Positions 35,301 through 42,544 of a stretch of DNA of 50,327 nucleotides are shown here, in pieces; the stretch's first letter is position 1; every line of letters begins with the position of its first letter. Made by a program: the position numbers and the translations under genes. Location of the stretch: the NCBI GenBank assembly GCA_035604475.1, contig DATNIJ010000048.1:1-50327 (forward strand), read 5' to 3'. Under the pieces are notes generated by a model. It was not told where the DNA came from. It saw only the letters and a program-made list of their open reading frames with translations, and did no database searches. Source of the DNA: Alphaproteobacteria bacterium (GTDB taxonomy: Bacteria > Pseudomonadota > Alphaproteobacteria > JACZXZ01).

Positions 35301-36169
35301 AGCCCGCGGTTCGACTGGCGGATGTCCGGCTTGCCGGGCATCTCGAGCACCTGCAGCTTGCCCTCCGCATCGGGATTGCCGATGTCGGGGAACGCCGAGC
35401 CGATGCTGATGCCGCCGCGCTCGAAGACGCGGAAGATGTCGGCGGGCGGCACCACCTCCCAGGCCGGCAGCGGCAGGAGCTTCGGCAGGATGCCGTGGCT
35501 CTTCATGAGCGCGTCGGGATCCTTCGGGTTCTTGGCGATCGCCGCGGTGCCGTCCCGCGTATAGGCCTCGCCGAGAATGTAGTTCTTGTAGGGCAGGATG
35601 CCGTTGTTGTAGGAGGCCCCGCCCCAGAACATGGCGGCATTCGCCATCAGGCTGCGCTCGGCCGCCTCGATGATCTCGAGATGACAGGCGCCGCAGGCCT
35701 CGCGCGCGACGCGCAGGTCGCTCGGGTTGACGAAGCGGATGAACTCGGGCGCCTCGCGGTTGAGCAGCGTGTAGCTCTCCGCGGGCTTGCGGCTCTTGGG
35801 ATAGCCCCAGCTCTTGGGATAGCGCGGCAGCACGTGGGCGCGATTCATTGCCTCATCGTAGGCGGGCGTCCCGGACGCCCCCTGCCCCGGCCCCATCACT
35901 TGCGCATTGCCGCCGTGGCAGTCGGTGCAGCCGAGCGTCACTATGTCGCTCTCGTGCATGGTCAGGCTGTCGGTCGTGGTGTGGCAGGAGCGGCAGCCGG
36001 CACTCTTCGCCTTGGCCTCCTCCGGGAGCTGCGCCCGCGGCGCCGGCGGAGCCGGCGCGTAATGCACCTCGCGCGGGCTCTCCTCCTCGGGCATGGCCTC
36101 GAGGAAGCCGGCGCCCCCGAGGAGGAGCCAGGCCGAAGCCAGCAGCAGGACGGACGAGAGGCGGCGCAT
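32348..36169 (-). CDS. Secreted decahaem c-type cytochrome fused to a C-terminal LVIVD-repeat (beta-propeller-type) domain
   Basis: 1273 aa with signal peptide MRRLSSVLLLASAWLLLGGAGFLEA. Ten CxxCH motifs: CRSCH, CTDCH, CGACH, CGACH, CMICH, CVDCH, CVDCH, CYSCH, CSGCH, CTDCH. Six LVIVD-like repeats follow: FVYVAEGDDGMRAYDV, YAYITDAEEGLILTDV, FYIAADAGIVVLDM, YLFALDREGLKVIDV, YAYVADGRDGLAIIDV, FAYVADGKNGLKVIQL. Confidence 0.85.
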   Translation of the reverse strand: MRRLSSVLLLASAWLLLGGAGFLEAMPEEESPREVHYAPAPPAPRAQLPEEAKAKSAGCRSCHTTTDSLTMHESDIVTLGCTDCHGGNAQVMGPGQGASGTPAYDEAMNRAHVLPRYPKSWGYPKSRKPAESYTLLNREAPEFIRFVNPSDLRVAREACGACHLEIIEAAERSLMANAAMFWGGASYNNGILPYKNYILGEAYTRDGTAAIAKNPKDPDALMKSHGILPKLLPLPAWEVVPPADIFRVFERGGISIGSAFPDIGNPDAEGKLQVLEMPGKPDIRQSNRGLGTGLRIAVPVLNLAKTRLNDPYTWFLGTNDNPGDYRTSGCGACHVVYANDRDPRHSGPYAVYGHNGESASTDPTVPKHEPGHPIHHSFTNAIPTSQCMICHMHQPNMFLNTMLGYTMWDYEADAPFMWPAKQKYPSDAEARAILDRNPEEAAIRGKWGDPAFLDQVSELNPKLKMTQFADYHGHGWNFRAVFKQDRKGDLLDAKGQIVPREDPAWAKKAVHLSSIHVDKGMQCVDCHFSQDAHGNGYIYGEVMSAIEIRCVDCHGTIERYPTLMTSGPAAQPGGYDLALLRNQDGQRRFEWRGDKLIQHSAVDPKLEWEVSLVKDTVDPNNPRFNPRAARAKLMAKGTTFKWGPGVPEADLAHKSSEMACYSCHTSWTTSCSGCHLPIQANWRTERHHYEGGITRNFASYNPQVARDDMFQLGKHSTVEGNIIAPVRSSSALVLSSTNINRERIYIQQPPIAASGYSSQAFAPHFPHTERTTETKTCTDCHLSEANDNNAIMAQLLLLGTNFVNFIGYNSWVGEDGGIEAVRVTEWDEPQAVIGSYLHKYAYPDWYNAHLARGRELEEAHSHSGGRSGCIQERGEFVYVAEGDDGMRAYDVASVANKDVSERIITAPFSPLGQDMHIGSRNATCVALPTNQSIDPARNQGKLMREDNQEQPMHPIYNYAYITDAEEGLILTDVNPLSSREPRDRFLNRALTWNEGGVLKGARHITIGGDHFYIAADAGIVVLDMSDPLHPKLDAVVKLDGVRATALQFRYLFALDREGLKVIDVTHPEAPQQVAGAAVPLADARRFYVARTYAYVADGRDGLAIIDVERPEHPHLARIFNADGKMNDANDVVVGTTNASLFAYVADGKNGLKVIQLTSPDSQPNLYGFSPEPKPELIAWRKTEWPALSLSKGLERDRGVDESGNQIAVFGRLGSRPFTLPEMQELYLDVKGMPWYVTDEVRMQDLLRALPAAEPSASPARLSGRRQRAAAPPQ

Positions 36170-36179
36170 GGCGCTGATC

Positions 36180-37970
36180 TCAGTAGGTCAAGACGATATC
36201 GGCGAGCACGGAATAGAGGTAGCGCTGCTTGTCCTGGGACACATAGAGGTCCTTGAAGCCCTGCTGCGGAATGAGGATGCCACCGGACAGCCGCAGCACG
36301 ACGTTCTGCGTGAAGAACGGCCGGTAGGTCAATGCCGCCGAGAGATCGAAACCGATGCGGTCCTGGATCTCGCCCTGCTGGCGCAGCACCTCGAGCACGG
36401 AGGTGTTCTGGAAGCGCAGGTAATTGGCGTTGGTCGAGAGCTTGAGCTCGGGGAGGATGTCGGCATCCGAGCCGACGCCGAAAAGCAGCAGGCCCGGGTT
36501 GATGAAGTTCGATTGCCCCTGGTCCTCCGAGGTGCGCAGCGAGGGCAGAATCGCGTTGCGGCCGGAGAGCACGACGCCGCCGCCGCCGATGAAGGGAATG
36601 GCCTGGCGGATCCAGTAGCTGGTATCGGCGCCGGCGAACTGCGGGTTCTCCATGATGGCGTCGAAGCCCGTCTCGGTCCTGCCGTAGGGATTGCGGTCGC
36701 CGCTGGCGTAGAGGCCCGAGAGCCGCACGCGCAGCCAGTCGAAGTCCACCGAGGGCTCGATCGCCGCGAACTCGGCGCGGATGTCGGCGGGCTTGCCGCT
36801 GAAGGTGTTGTGACTGTCGTAGCCGTTCGCGTAGTAGGCCGAGCTCATCAGGTTGAAGCGGCCGATATGGCCGTTCATGTTCCAGCCGGCGTAGGTCACG
36901 TCGTAATTATGCCCGCGCTCGTCGCCGATGGGGGCCGGGCGGACGAGGAAGTCGTTGTCGTCGTAGAAGCGCTCGCCGCGCTCGCGGTTGCGGTTGTAAA
37001 CGACGGTGATCTGCTGGGTCAGGCCGGGCCAGGGCAGGTCCTGGCGGTAGAGGTTGGTGACGAGGACCCAATCCTTGCGCCGCGCCTGGGTCACGTCGTT
37101 GAGCCCGCTGTCGGTGTCCTTCTCCAGGCGCTGGAACATGGCAAGGTTGTACTGCCAGAGATTGTTGTCGCGGTTGCCGAAAAGCCGCGCGCCGAGCTGG
37201 TCGTCCTGGAAGAGGAAGCCGCGGAAATCGGTGGAGAAGGGCTGAATGCCGACGCGCAGCGAATCGAAATCGTAGCGCTCCGAGACGTCGCGCAGGTGGT
37301 AGTCGATGAACGCTTCCTGCAAGCCGACGAAGGTCTTCTGACGCGTGTCGCCCTTGCGCGGGTCGGCATTGACGATGCCGACCTCGTCGACCGAAAGGTA
37401 ATTGACGTTGAAGACCGGCGTCACCCGGAACTCGAACTCGGGCGGCTTGAAGGCGGTGTCGCCCTTGGTGAAGGAGAAGCTCGAAAGCAGATTCTCGTTG
37501 ATGAAGGCTTGGCCGATGCGGCCGTAGGTGTCGATCTCGCGCGAGTTCTTGGTCGACTGCACGCCGACCGGCGTCGGCACCGTGCGCGGCTCGAACACCG
37601 TATCGTTGACGAAGGACGTGCTGAAGAACCAATCGTTGCCGAAGAGCGGCCGGTCGCCCTTGAAGGTGTTCTGGCTGTAAGGATTCCACCAGTGCTCGTT
37701 AACCCCGATCTCCTCGATGAGGCGCCAGCGGTCCGGCACGGGGATGAACTCGCGAGGATAATCGCGCGTGGGCGGCGCCACCGCAGGGGGGCCGGTCTCG
37801 GGCGCCGGCGTCTCCTCGACCGGCGGCGGCTGGCCGGGCAGCCGCCGCCCGTCCTGGGCGATGTCGAGGTCCTCGGCGAGGGAAGGCTCGATTTGATATC
37901 CGGCCGCCCGCGCCGGGTGCGACAGCGAAAGCGCGAGCCCGACTGCCAGTAGCATGGACCACGGGCGCAC
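36180..37970 (-). CDS. Putative outer-membrane beta-barrel protein (porin-like)
   Basis: 596 aa with signal peptide MRPWSMLLAVGLALSLSHPARA. A Pro-rich N-terminal segment is followed by a long region of alternating hydrophobic/aromatic dipeptide pattern. The C-terminus ...ADIVLTY carries an OMP-type terminal aromatic. It is 10 nt from the downstream cytochrome gene and 9 nt from the upstream gene. GTG start at 37970, or ATG at 37955. Confidence 0.65.
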   Translation of the reverse strand: MRPWSMLLAVGLALSLSHPARAAGYQIEPSLAEDLDIAQDGRRLPGQPPPVEETPAPETGPPAVAPPTRDYPREFIPVPDRWRLIEEIGVNEHWWNPYSQNTFKGDRPLFGNDWFFSTSFVNDTVFEPRTVPTPVGVQSTKNSREIDTYGRIGQAFINENLLSSFSFTKGDTAFKPPEFEFRVTPVFNVNYLSVDEVGIVNADPRKGDTRQKTFVGLQEAFIDYHLRDVSERYDFDSLRVGIQPFSTDFRGFLFQDDQLGARLFGNRDNNLWQYNLAMFQRLEKDTDSGLNDVTQARRKDWVLVTNLYRQDLPWPGLTQQITVVYNRNRERGERFYDDNDFLVRPAPIGDERGHNYDVTYAGWNMNGHIGRFNLMSSAYYANGYDSHNTFSGKPADIRAEFAAIEPSVDFDWLRVRLSGLYASGDRNPYGRTETGFDAIMENPQFAGADTSYWIRQAIPFIGGGGVVLSGRNAILPSLRTSEDQGQSNFINPGLLLFGVGSDADILPELKLSTNANYLRFQNTSVLEVLRQQGEIQDRIGFDLSAALTYRPFFTQNVVLRLSGGILIPQQGFKDLYVSQDKQRYLYSVLADIVLTY

Positions 37971-37979
37971 GGGGCGGCC

Positions 37980-39884
37980 CTACTTCCCGGAGCAGGCGTT
38001 TTGGTTCTGCTGTCCGAGGAAGGGGTCCACCGGACAGTTGACGTAGCGCAGTGCCACACCCATCGGTGACAGGTTGTCGGCACGGATACCGACGGGGGCG
38101 TTGCCGATGCCCGTGTTGAGCACGCCGCCCGCGTTGTTGAGGCCGAGGAAGCTCACCAGATCGTCCTGGTCGACGCCGTCGCCCGAGGTGCCGATGCCGC
38201 CCACGAGCACGGAACCGCGGTAGATCGGCACGCTGCCGGGGAAAATCTGGATGCCGTTGGGCAGCCGCGCCACCCCGGTGCAGGCCACTACCGTATCGGG
38301 GTTGGTACCGAAGATGAAGCCCACGTGCTGCACGATGTTGGCGGCGACGAGATCGAGCTGGAGCCCGTCCGTGAATATGCTCCACTGGTTGATCGGATTG
38401 CTGAAGGGTCCGTTGGGCGTGCCGTCGATGCCGTCGGGGTAGTATGGGCGCGAGAGGTTGCCGTTGGCCCGATCGGTGAAGGCGTAGGCGCCGGTGAGCA
38501 TGGCCTGCCCGACGAAGGAACGCGCGGCACCCACGTAGCCGCCCATCCCGGCCGCGGCGAGATCGTTGCCGGCATAGGCGCCGGAGAAGAAGGCGGCGGT
38601 GCGCGCCTTCTGCAGCGCCACGTCGATGCCGAACACCGGCGCGTCGGGCGCGCGCACCGCGCCGAGGATGCCGCCGTTGGTGTCGACTACGAAACTCGAT
38701 ACCTGCGCGGCGCTGTTGAGCGGCTGGCGGATCTGCGAGCGCGCCTGGAGGCCGACCGCAAGGGCCTGGGCGAGGATCTGCTGCACCTCAGCTGCGGTGA
38801 GCGCAAGCGCCCCGTCGGTGCCGGGGCGGGGCGCGAAGCGGTTGACGTTGCTGGCATCGACTAGAACGTAGGCCTGCGCATTGCCGAAGAGGCCGGAGCT
38901 GTCCGGCGCAATGCCCGAGGCCGGCGTGCCGTAGACCGTGCCGTTGAGGGGGACAAGTCCCGCGGTATAGTAGCCGTTCACACTGACGAGCGCGCCGGCG
39001 GTGCCGTTGATCGCGGCGAAGGAAGGTGCGGCGCCCGGATTGGCGGCGAGTGCGGTGGTGTCGACGTCGGTGTAGGGCAGCAGGAGCCCGTTGATGGTGA
39101 TCTTGTTGGCCCGGATGCCGGCCGGGGCATCGAAGCCGACGGTGCCGGCGAGCGCTATCAGCTCGTCGGGATCGCTTTCGGTGACGAAGACGGTGAGGTC
39201 GTCGCTGTAGACACCGCGCGAGGTCACGCCGATGCCGCCTACGAGCACGCCGCCCGAATAGAGCGGTATGCCACCCGGATCCGCCGAGAGCCCGAGCGGC
39301 GAGCGCTGCGGCCCGATCATCCCGCTCGTGGGAAAGCGCGAAGAAAGGTCGGAGCAGGGCAGCTGGCTGAACTGCACGCCGAAGAGCGGGCCGGAGGGCT
39401 GGTCCTTCGTCCCGGGCGCGAAGTGCTCCTGCACGATGTAATTGGCCGTGCGCGTGGTGAAGGCGTTGCCGTTGGAGGAGAGGTAGGCGCCGGTGATCGC
39501 CTTGGCGATCGCGGCGGCGGTGTCCGGCACCACCGCATTCTCCAAGCCGCCCACCACGCCCCGGCCCGAGGTGATCGTCACGTCGAGCGGCGCGCCGTTC
39601 ATGCGGAAGACGCCGAGCACATTGCCGACCCGGTCCACCACCGCAATCGTCGCGGGTTGATGGCGCGCCGTGGCCTCGCCCACGGCCTGGGCGATGATTT
39701 GGGCTACGGCGTCGCTGGTGAGTTGCTGGGCCTCAGCCCGCACCACCCCGAACGATAAGACAGAGAGCGCTGCCGCCGCACATGCCGCGGCCGCCCGGAG
39801 AGCATGGCCTCGGCGGCGGCGGCCGACCGCTTCCCTCGCTGCCCCTTCCGCGCCACGACGAGGTCGCGATTCCGGCGCCATCAT
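37980..39884 (-). CDS. Secreted protein with two GlcG/HbpS-like (DUF336, haem-binding/degrading family) domains
   Basis: 634 aa. GGGGGGAG Shine-Dalgarno precedes ATGATG. The Arg-rich leader reads RRRRGHALRAAAACAAAALSVLSFGVVRAEA. Domain 1: AQIIAQAVGEATARHQPATIAVVDRVGNVLGVFRMNGAPL...AIAKAITGAYL. Domain 2: VQQILAQALAVGLQAR...SSFVVDTNGGILGAVRAPDAPVFGIDVALQKARTAAFF. Confidence 0.65.
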   Translation of the reverse strand: MMAPESRPRRGAEGAAREAVGRRRRGHALRAAAACAAAALSVLSFGVVRAEAQQLTSDAVAQIIAQAVGEATARHQPATIAVVDRVGNVLGVFRMNGAPLDVTITSGRGVVGGLENAVVPDTAAAIAKAITGAYLSSNGNAFTTRTANYIVQEHFAPGTKDQPSGPLFGVQFSQLPCSDLSSRFPTSGMIGPQRSPLGLSADPGGIPLYSGGVLVGGIGVTSRGVYSDDLTVFVTESDPDELIALAGTVGFDAPAGIRANKITINGLLLPYTDVDTTALAANPGAAPSFAAINGTAGALVSVNGYYTAGLVPLNGTVYGTPASGIAPDSSGLFGNAQAYVLVDASNVNRFAPRPGTDGALALTAAEVQQILAQALAVGLQARSQIRQPLNSAAQVSSFVVDTNGGILGAVRAPDAPVFGIDVALQKARTAAFFSGAYAGNDLAAAGMGGYVGAARSFVGQAMLTGAYAFTDRANGNLSRPYYPDGIDGTPNGPFSNPINQWSIFTDGLQLDLVAANIVQHVGFIFGTNPDTVVACTGVARLPNGIQIFPGSVPIYRGSVLVGGIGTSGDGVDQDDLVSFLGLNNAGGVLNTGIGNAPVGIRADNLSPMGVALRYVNCPVDPFLGQQNQNACSGK

Positions 39885-40003
39885 CTCCCCCCTTTGGCGC
39901 GCATCCCCTATGCGTGCCAGCCCCGATTAAAAGGCATAGGGTGGCGGAGGTCAAGATGCCGGCCGCGCTTTCTTCATTTTCTTTCCGATAGTTGGCCGGC
40001 TCG

Positions 40004-41686
40004 TCAGGGCCGTTTTGGGGCTGCGGCCTCGGCCGGTCGCATGAGCTCGAGATTGGCGCGGTGAAAGATGTGACAAAGCAGGCAAGGCGACGGCACCGCC
40101 GCCGTCGCCGCCGGGCCGCCGTGGCATTCGCGGCATTTGGCGATCTTGGGCATCATCACGATCTCGCTGGTCGTCGAGCGCTCAGCGCCCATGTGGCATT
40201 CCTGGCAGCGCAAGGTGCCATGCTTGCTGTGATCGAACTCCGCCTTGGGCATCCAACGCCGCGTGAGCAGCACGGGTGCGATCTCCCAGTTCTTGCTCGC
40301 ACTCGCCTCCGGCGGGACCACGGTGTGGCAGGTGCCGCACATGCCGCCGCCGAAGACGATCTTGCGCAGCGTGATCTTGGTCTGCTCGTCGGCCCACTCG
40401 CGCGCCTCCACGCGGTCCGCCTCGGCGAGCGGCTCGCCCGGCAGCCCGCCGAGGGTGGCAGGTATCACGCCGCGGCTCAGCGACCGCGCGGCATAGAAGT
40501 CGGCGACGATGCGGATGACCTCGGCCGGCTCGCCGTGCGGCAGCTGGCGCCTGGGCGCGGTCTCGTCGAACTGCAGGCGATGGCATCGCTGGCACTCGGT
40601 CTCCATGCGGGTCGGCCGGATGAATTTGCCGCCCGGCTCGAGCTTGTGGCAGTCGGTGCAGGTGAGCACCACTGTCCCCTTCTCGGGGTCGCGCACGCCC
40701 TTGGGATCGAGGTGCTTTTGGTGATTAAACTTGAGCCCGGAGTGCTCCACGAGCGGCGTGCTCGCGGCGAGCGACAGGCGCTCGCGCAGCTGCTTTGCCG
40801 GGTCGACCACGACCGTGGGACGGAACTCGGGGTGCGTGCTGGTGAAGTCGGAGACATCCTCGAGCGTGGTCTCCTTGTCCTTACGCTTGAGATCGGCGTG
40901 GCAGTCGGTGCAGAAGGCCTGGTCGTGCCGCACGATCGGCTCCTCGCCGCGGTGCTCCTGGTGGCAGACCCCGCAGCGCACGAGCTGCAGCTCCGCCAAG
41001 CGCAGCTGTTGCGGGGGGACGTGGTGATGGACCGTCTTATGGCAGGCGACGCAGGCCGCATCGGCGACCTTGGCAAAGGCCTCCCTGTGGCAGGCCTGGC
41101 AATTGCCGACGAGATTCTTGTGCGGCGCCGAGATCGTCCCGCTCGACACCATGCGGTCGGGCGGCAGCGCGGCGGCGGTAAGCATGCTGCGAACGTTCTT
41201 CGCGTAGAACGCCGCCACCGGCAGGGCCAGCGTGACGGCGATCACGCCAAGAAAGAACACCCAGGACCAGCGGCGCTTGCTCGGCAAGAGGGCCGCAAGC
41301 TGGAGGCCGGTGATCGCCGCTCCCTGGCTCGAGCCCTCCTCAAGCGGGTTGACGAGCTCGACCTCGACGAGGAGGTCGTGATCGCCCTCGGCCTCGTTGA
41401 GGCCGATGCGATAGGGACCGATGCCGATCTCGTCGCCCGGCTGGACGACGGCGCGGGCGACCGGGATGCCGTTGACCGTCATCAGGTTCCCGCCGCTCGC
41501 GGCGACGACGAAGGCGCCGTCGAGCAGCCCCAGCCGCGCGTGACCGAAGGCGACGCGGATGTCGGGAAGATAGACCTCGTTCGCGGTGCCGCGCCCGAAG
41601 CGCAGGATCGCCGTCTCGACGGGCTGGTCGGAATGGGAGATCGCGCCGCCGGCGCGCCGGGTTATGAATCTCACGAGCCAACGCAC
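40004..41686 (-). CDS. FHA domain - transmembrane helix - decahaem c-type cytochrome fusion
   Basis: 560 aa with a GTG start. The N-terminal FHA-like domain reads ILRFGRGTANEVYLPDIRVAFGHARL...NLMTVNGIPV...GDEIGIGPYRI. One TM segment follows (WSWVFFLGVIAVTLALPVAAFYA). Ten CxxCH motifs: CQACH, CVACH, CGVCH, CTDCH, CTDCH, CQRCH, CGTCH, CQECH, CRECH, CLLCH. Confidence 0.85.
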   Translation of the reverse strand: MRWLVRFITRRAGGAISHSDQPVETAILRFGRGTANEVYLPDIRVAFGHARLGLLDGAFVVAASGGNLMTVNGIPVARAVVQPGDEIGIGPYRIGLNEAEGDHDLLVEVELVNPLEEGSSQGAAITGLQLAALLPSKRRWSWVFFLGVIAVTLALPVAAFYAKNVRSMLTAAALPPDRMVSSGTISAPHKNLVGNCQACHREAFAKVADAACVACHKTVHHHVPPQQLRLAELQLVRCGVCHQEHRGEEPIVRHDQAFCTDCHADLKRKDKETTLEDVSDFTSTHPEFRPTVVVDPAKQLRERLSLAASTPLVEHSGLKFNHQKHLDPKGVRDPEKGTVVLTCTDCHKLEPGGKFIRPTRMETECQRCHRLQFDETAPRRQLPHGEPAEVIRIVADFYAARSLSRGVIPATLGGLPGEPLAEADRVEAREWADEQTKITLRKIVFGGGMCGTCHTVVPPEASASKNWEIAPVLLTRRWMPKAEFDHSKHGTLRCQECHMGAERSTTSEIVMMPKIAKCRECHGGPAATAAVPSPCLLCHIFHRANLELMRPAEAAAPKRP

Positions 41687-41707
41687 GGCGGGCGACCTTC
41701 GCGGATC

Positions 41708-42544
41708 TCAGAAATAAAAGAAGACCAAGACGATATGGGCGGTGAGGGCGGCGAGCAGCGCGAAGGCGAGCGGCACATGGACGTAGAGCCAGATCTCCAT
41801 CAGCGCCTTGTAGCGGAGGTCGAGCCGGACCTGCGCAACCAGCGCCTGCTTGCGCTGGAGCTCGCGGCGCAGGCGCATGACCGGCACGTCGAGCTTGGCG
41901 GGCACGGTGGCCGCGAGCTCTTCGATCCGGGCCAGCGCCCGCGTCGTGCCGCAGTTGCGATCGACGCCGCTCAACTGCCGGCGCAGCGAGCCGCCGATGC
42001 GCGTCTCCTGGTGGCTGATCCGCACCGCGGCGGCAAAATCGTCCGGCAGGTTGAGGCACGCCGCGCGCGATTCGCGGTCGATGTCGGCGAGCTTGATGAG
42101 CATGCTGCGCAAGGTCTCGCCGCGGCGGTTGTCGGTCATGAGCCGGGGATAGCGCGCATAGACGTAGATGCCGAAGAGGCCGCTCCCGATCACCATCATC
42201 ATGAGGGCATAGGCCAGCGTGTGGATGTTCCAATGGAAGCGGAAGCCGGTGTGCAGGGTGGCAATGACGGCGAGCGCCAGGCCGAAGTAGACGTGGCCGG
42301 AAAGCCAGGCCTCGAGCCGCCACTCGCCGGGGCCGTAGCGGCGCTTGCGCACGCCGAACCACATCAGCCAGACGACGAGAAGTGCTGCCACCGTGCCGAG
42401 CGTGTAGCCGAGCCAGGTGCTGCCGCTCGGCACGCCGCGCGGCGAGTCGACGGCGTACCAGACGAGTGCCGCCCCGGTCATCGCCGTGGCGACTTTGGGA
42501 TAGAGTAGGTTGCGGTAGACGAGGAAGGATTCGTGGAGGCTCAT
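41708..42544 (-). CDS. Integral membrane protein, about 5 TM helices with conserved-looking intramembrane histidines (possible b-haem carrier)
   Basis: The start is taken at MSLHESFLVY, where the ATG overlaps the upstream stop (ATGA at 42541-42544). Histidines sit in predicted helices (GHVYFGLALAVIATLH, NIHTLAYALMMMVIG, WLYVHVPLAFALLAALTAHIV). A soluble helical insert of about 100 aa lies between TM4 and TM5. Confidence 0.7.
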   Translation of the reverse strand: MSLHESFLVYRNLLYPKVATAMTGAALVWYAVDSPRGVPSGSTWLGYTLGTVAALLVVWLMWFGVRKRRYGPGEWRLEAWLSGHVYFGLALAVIATLHTGFRFHWNIHTLAYALMMMVIGSGLFGIYVYARYPRLMTDNRRGETLRSMLIKLADIDRESRAACLNLPDDFAAAVRISHQETRIGGSLRRQLSGVDRNCGTTRALARIEELAATVPAKLDVPVMRLRRELQRKQALVAQVRLDLRYKALMEIWLYVHVPLAFALLAALTAHIVLVFFYF

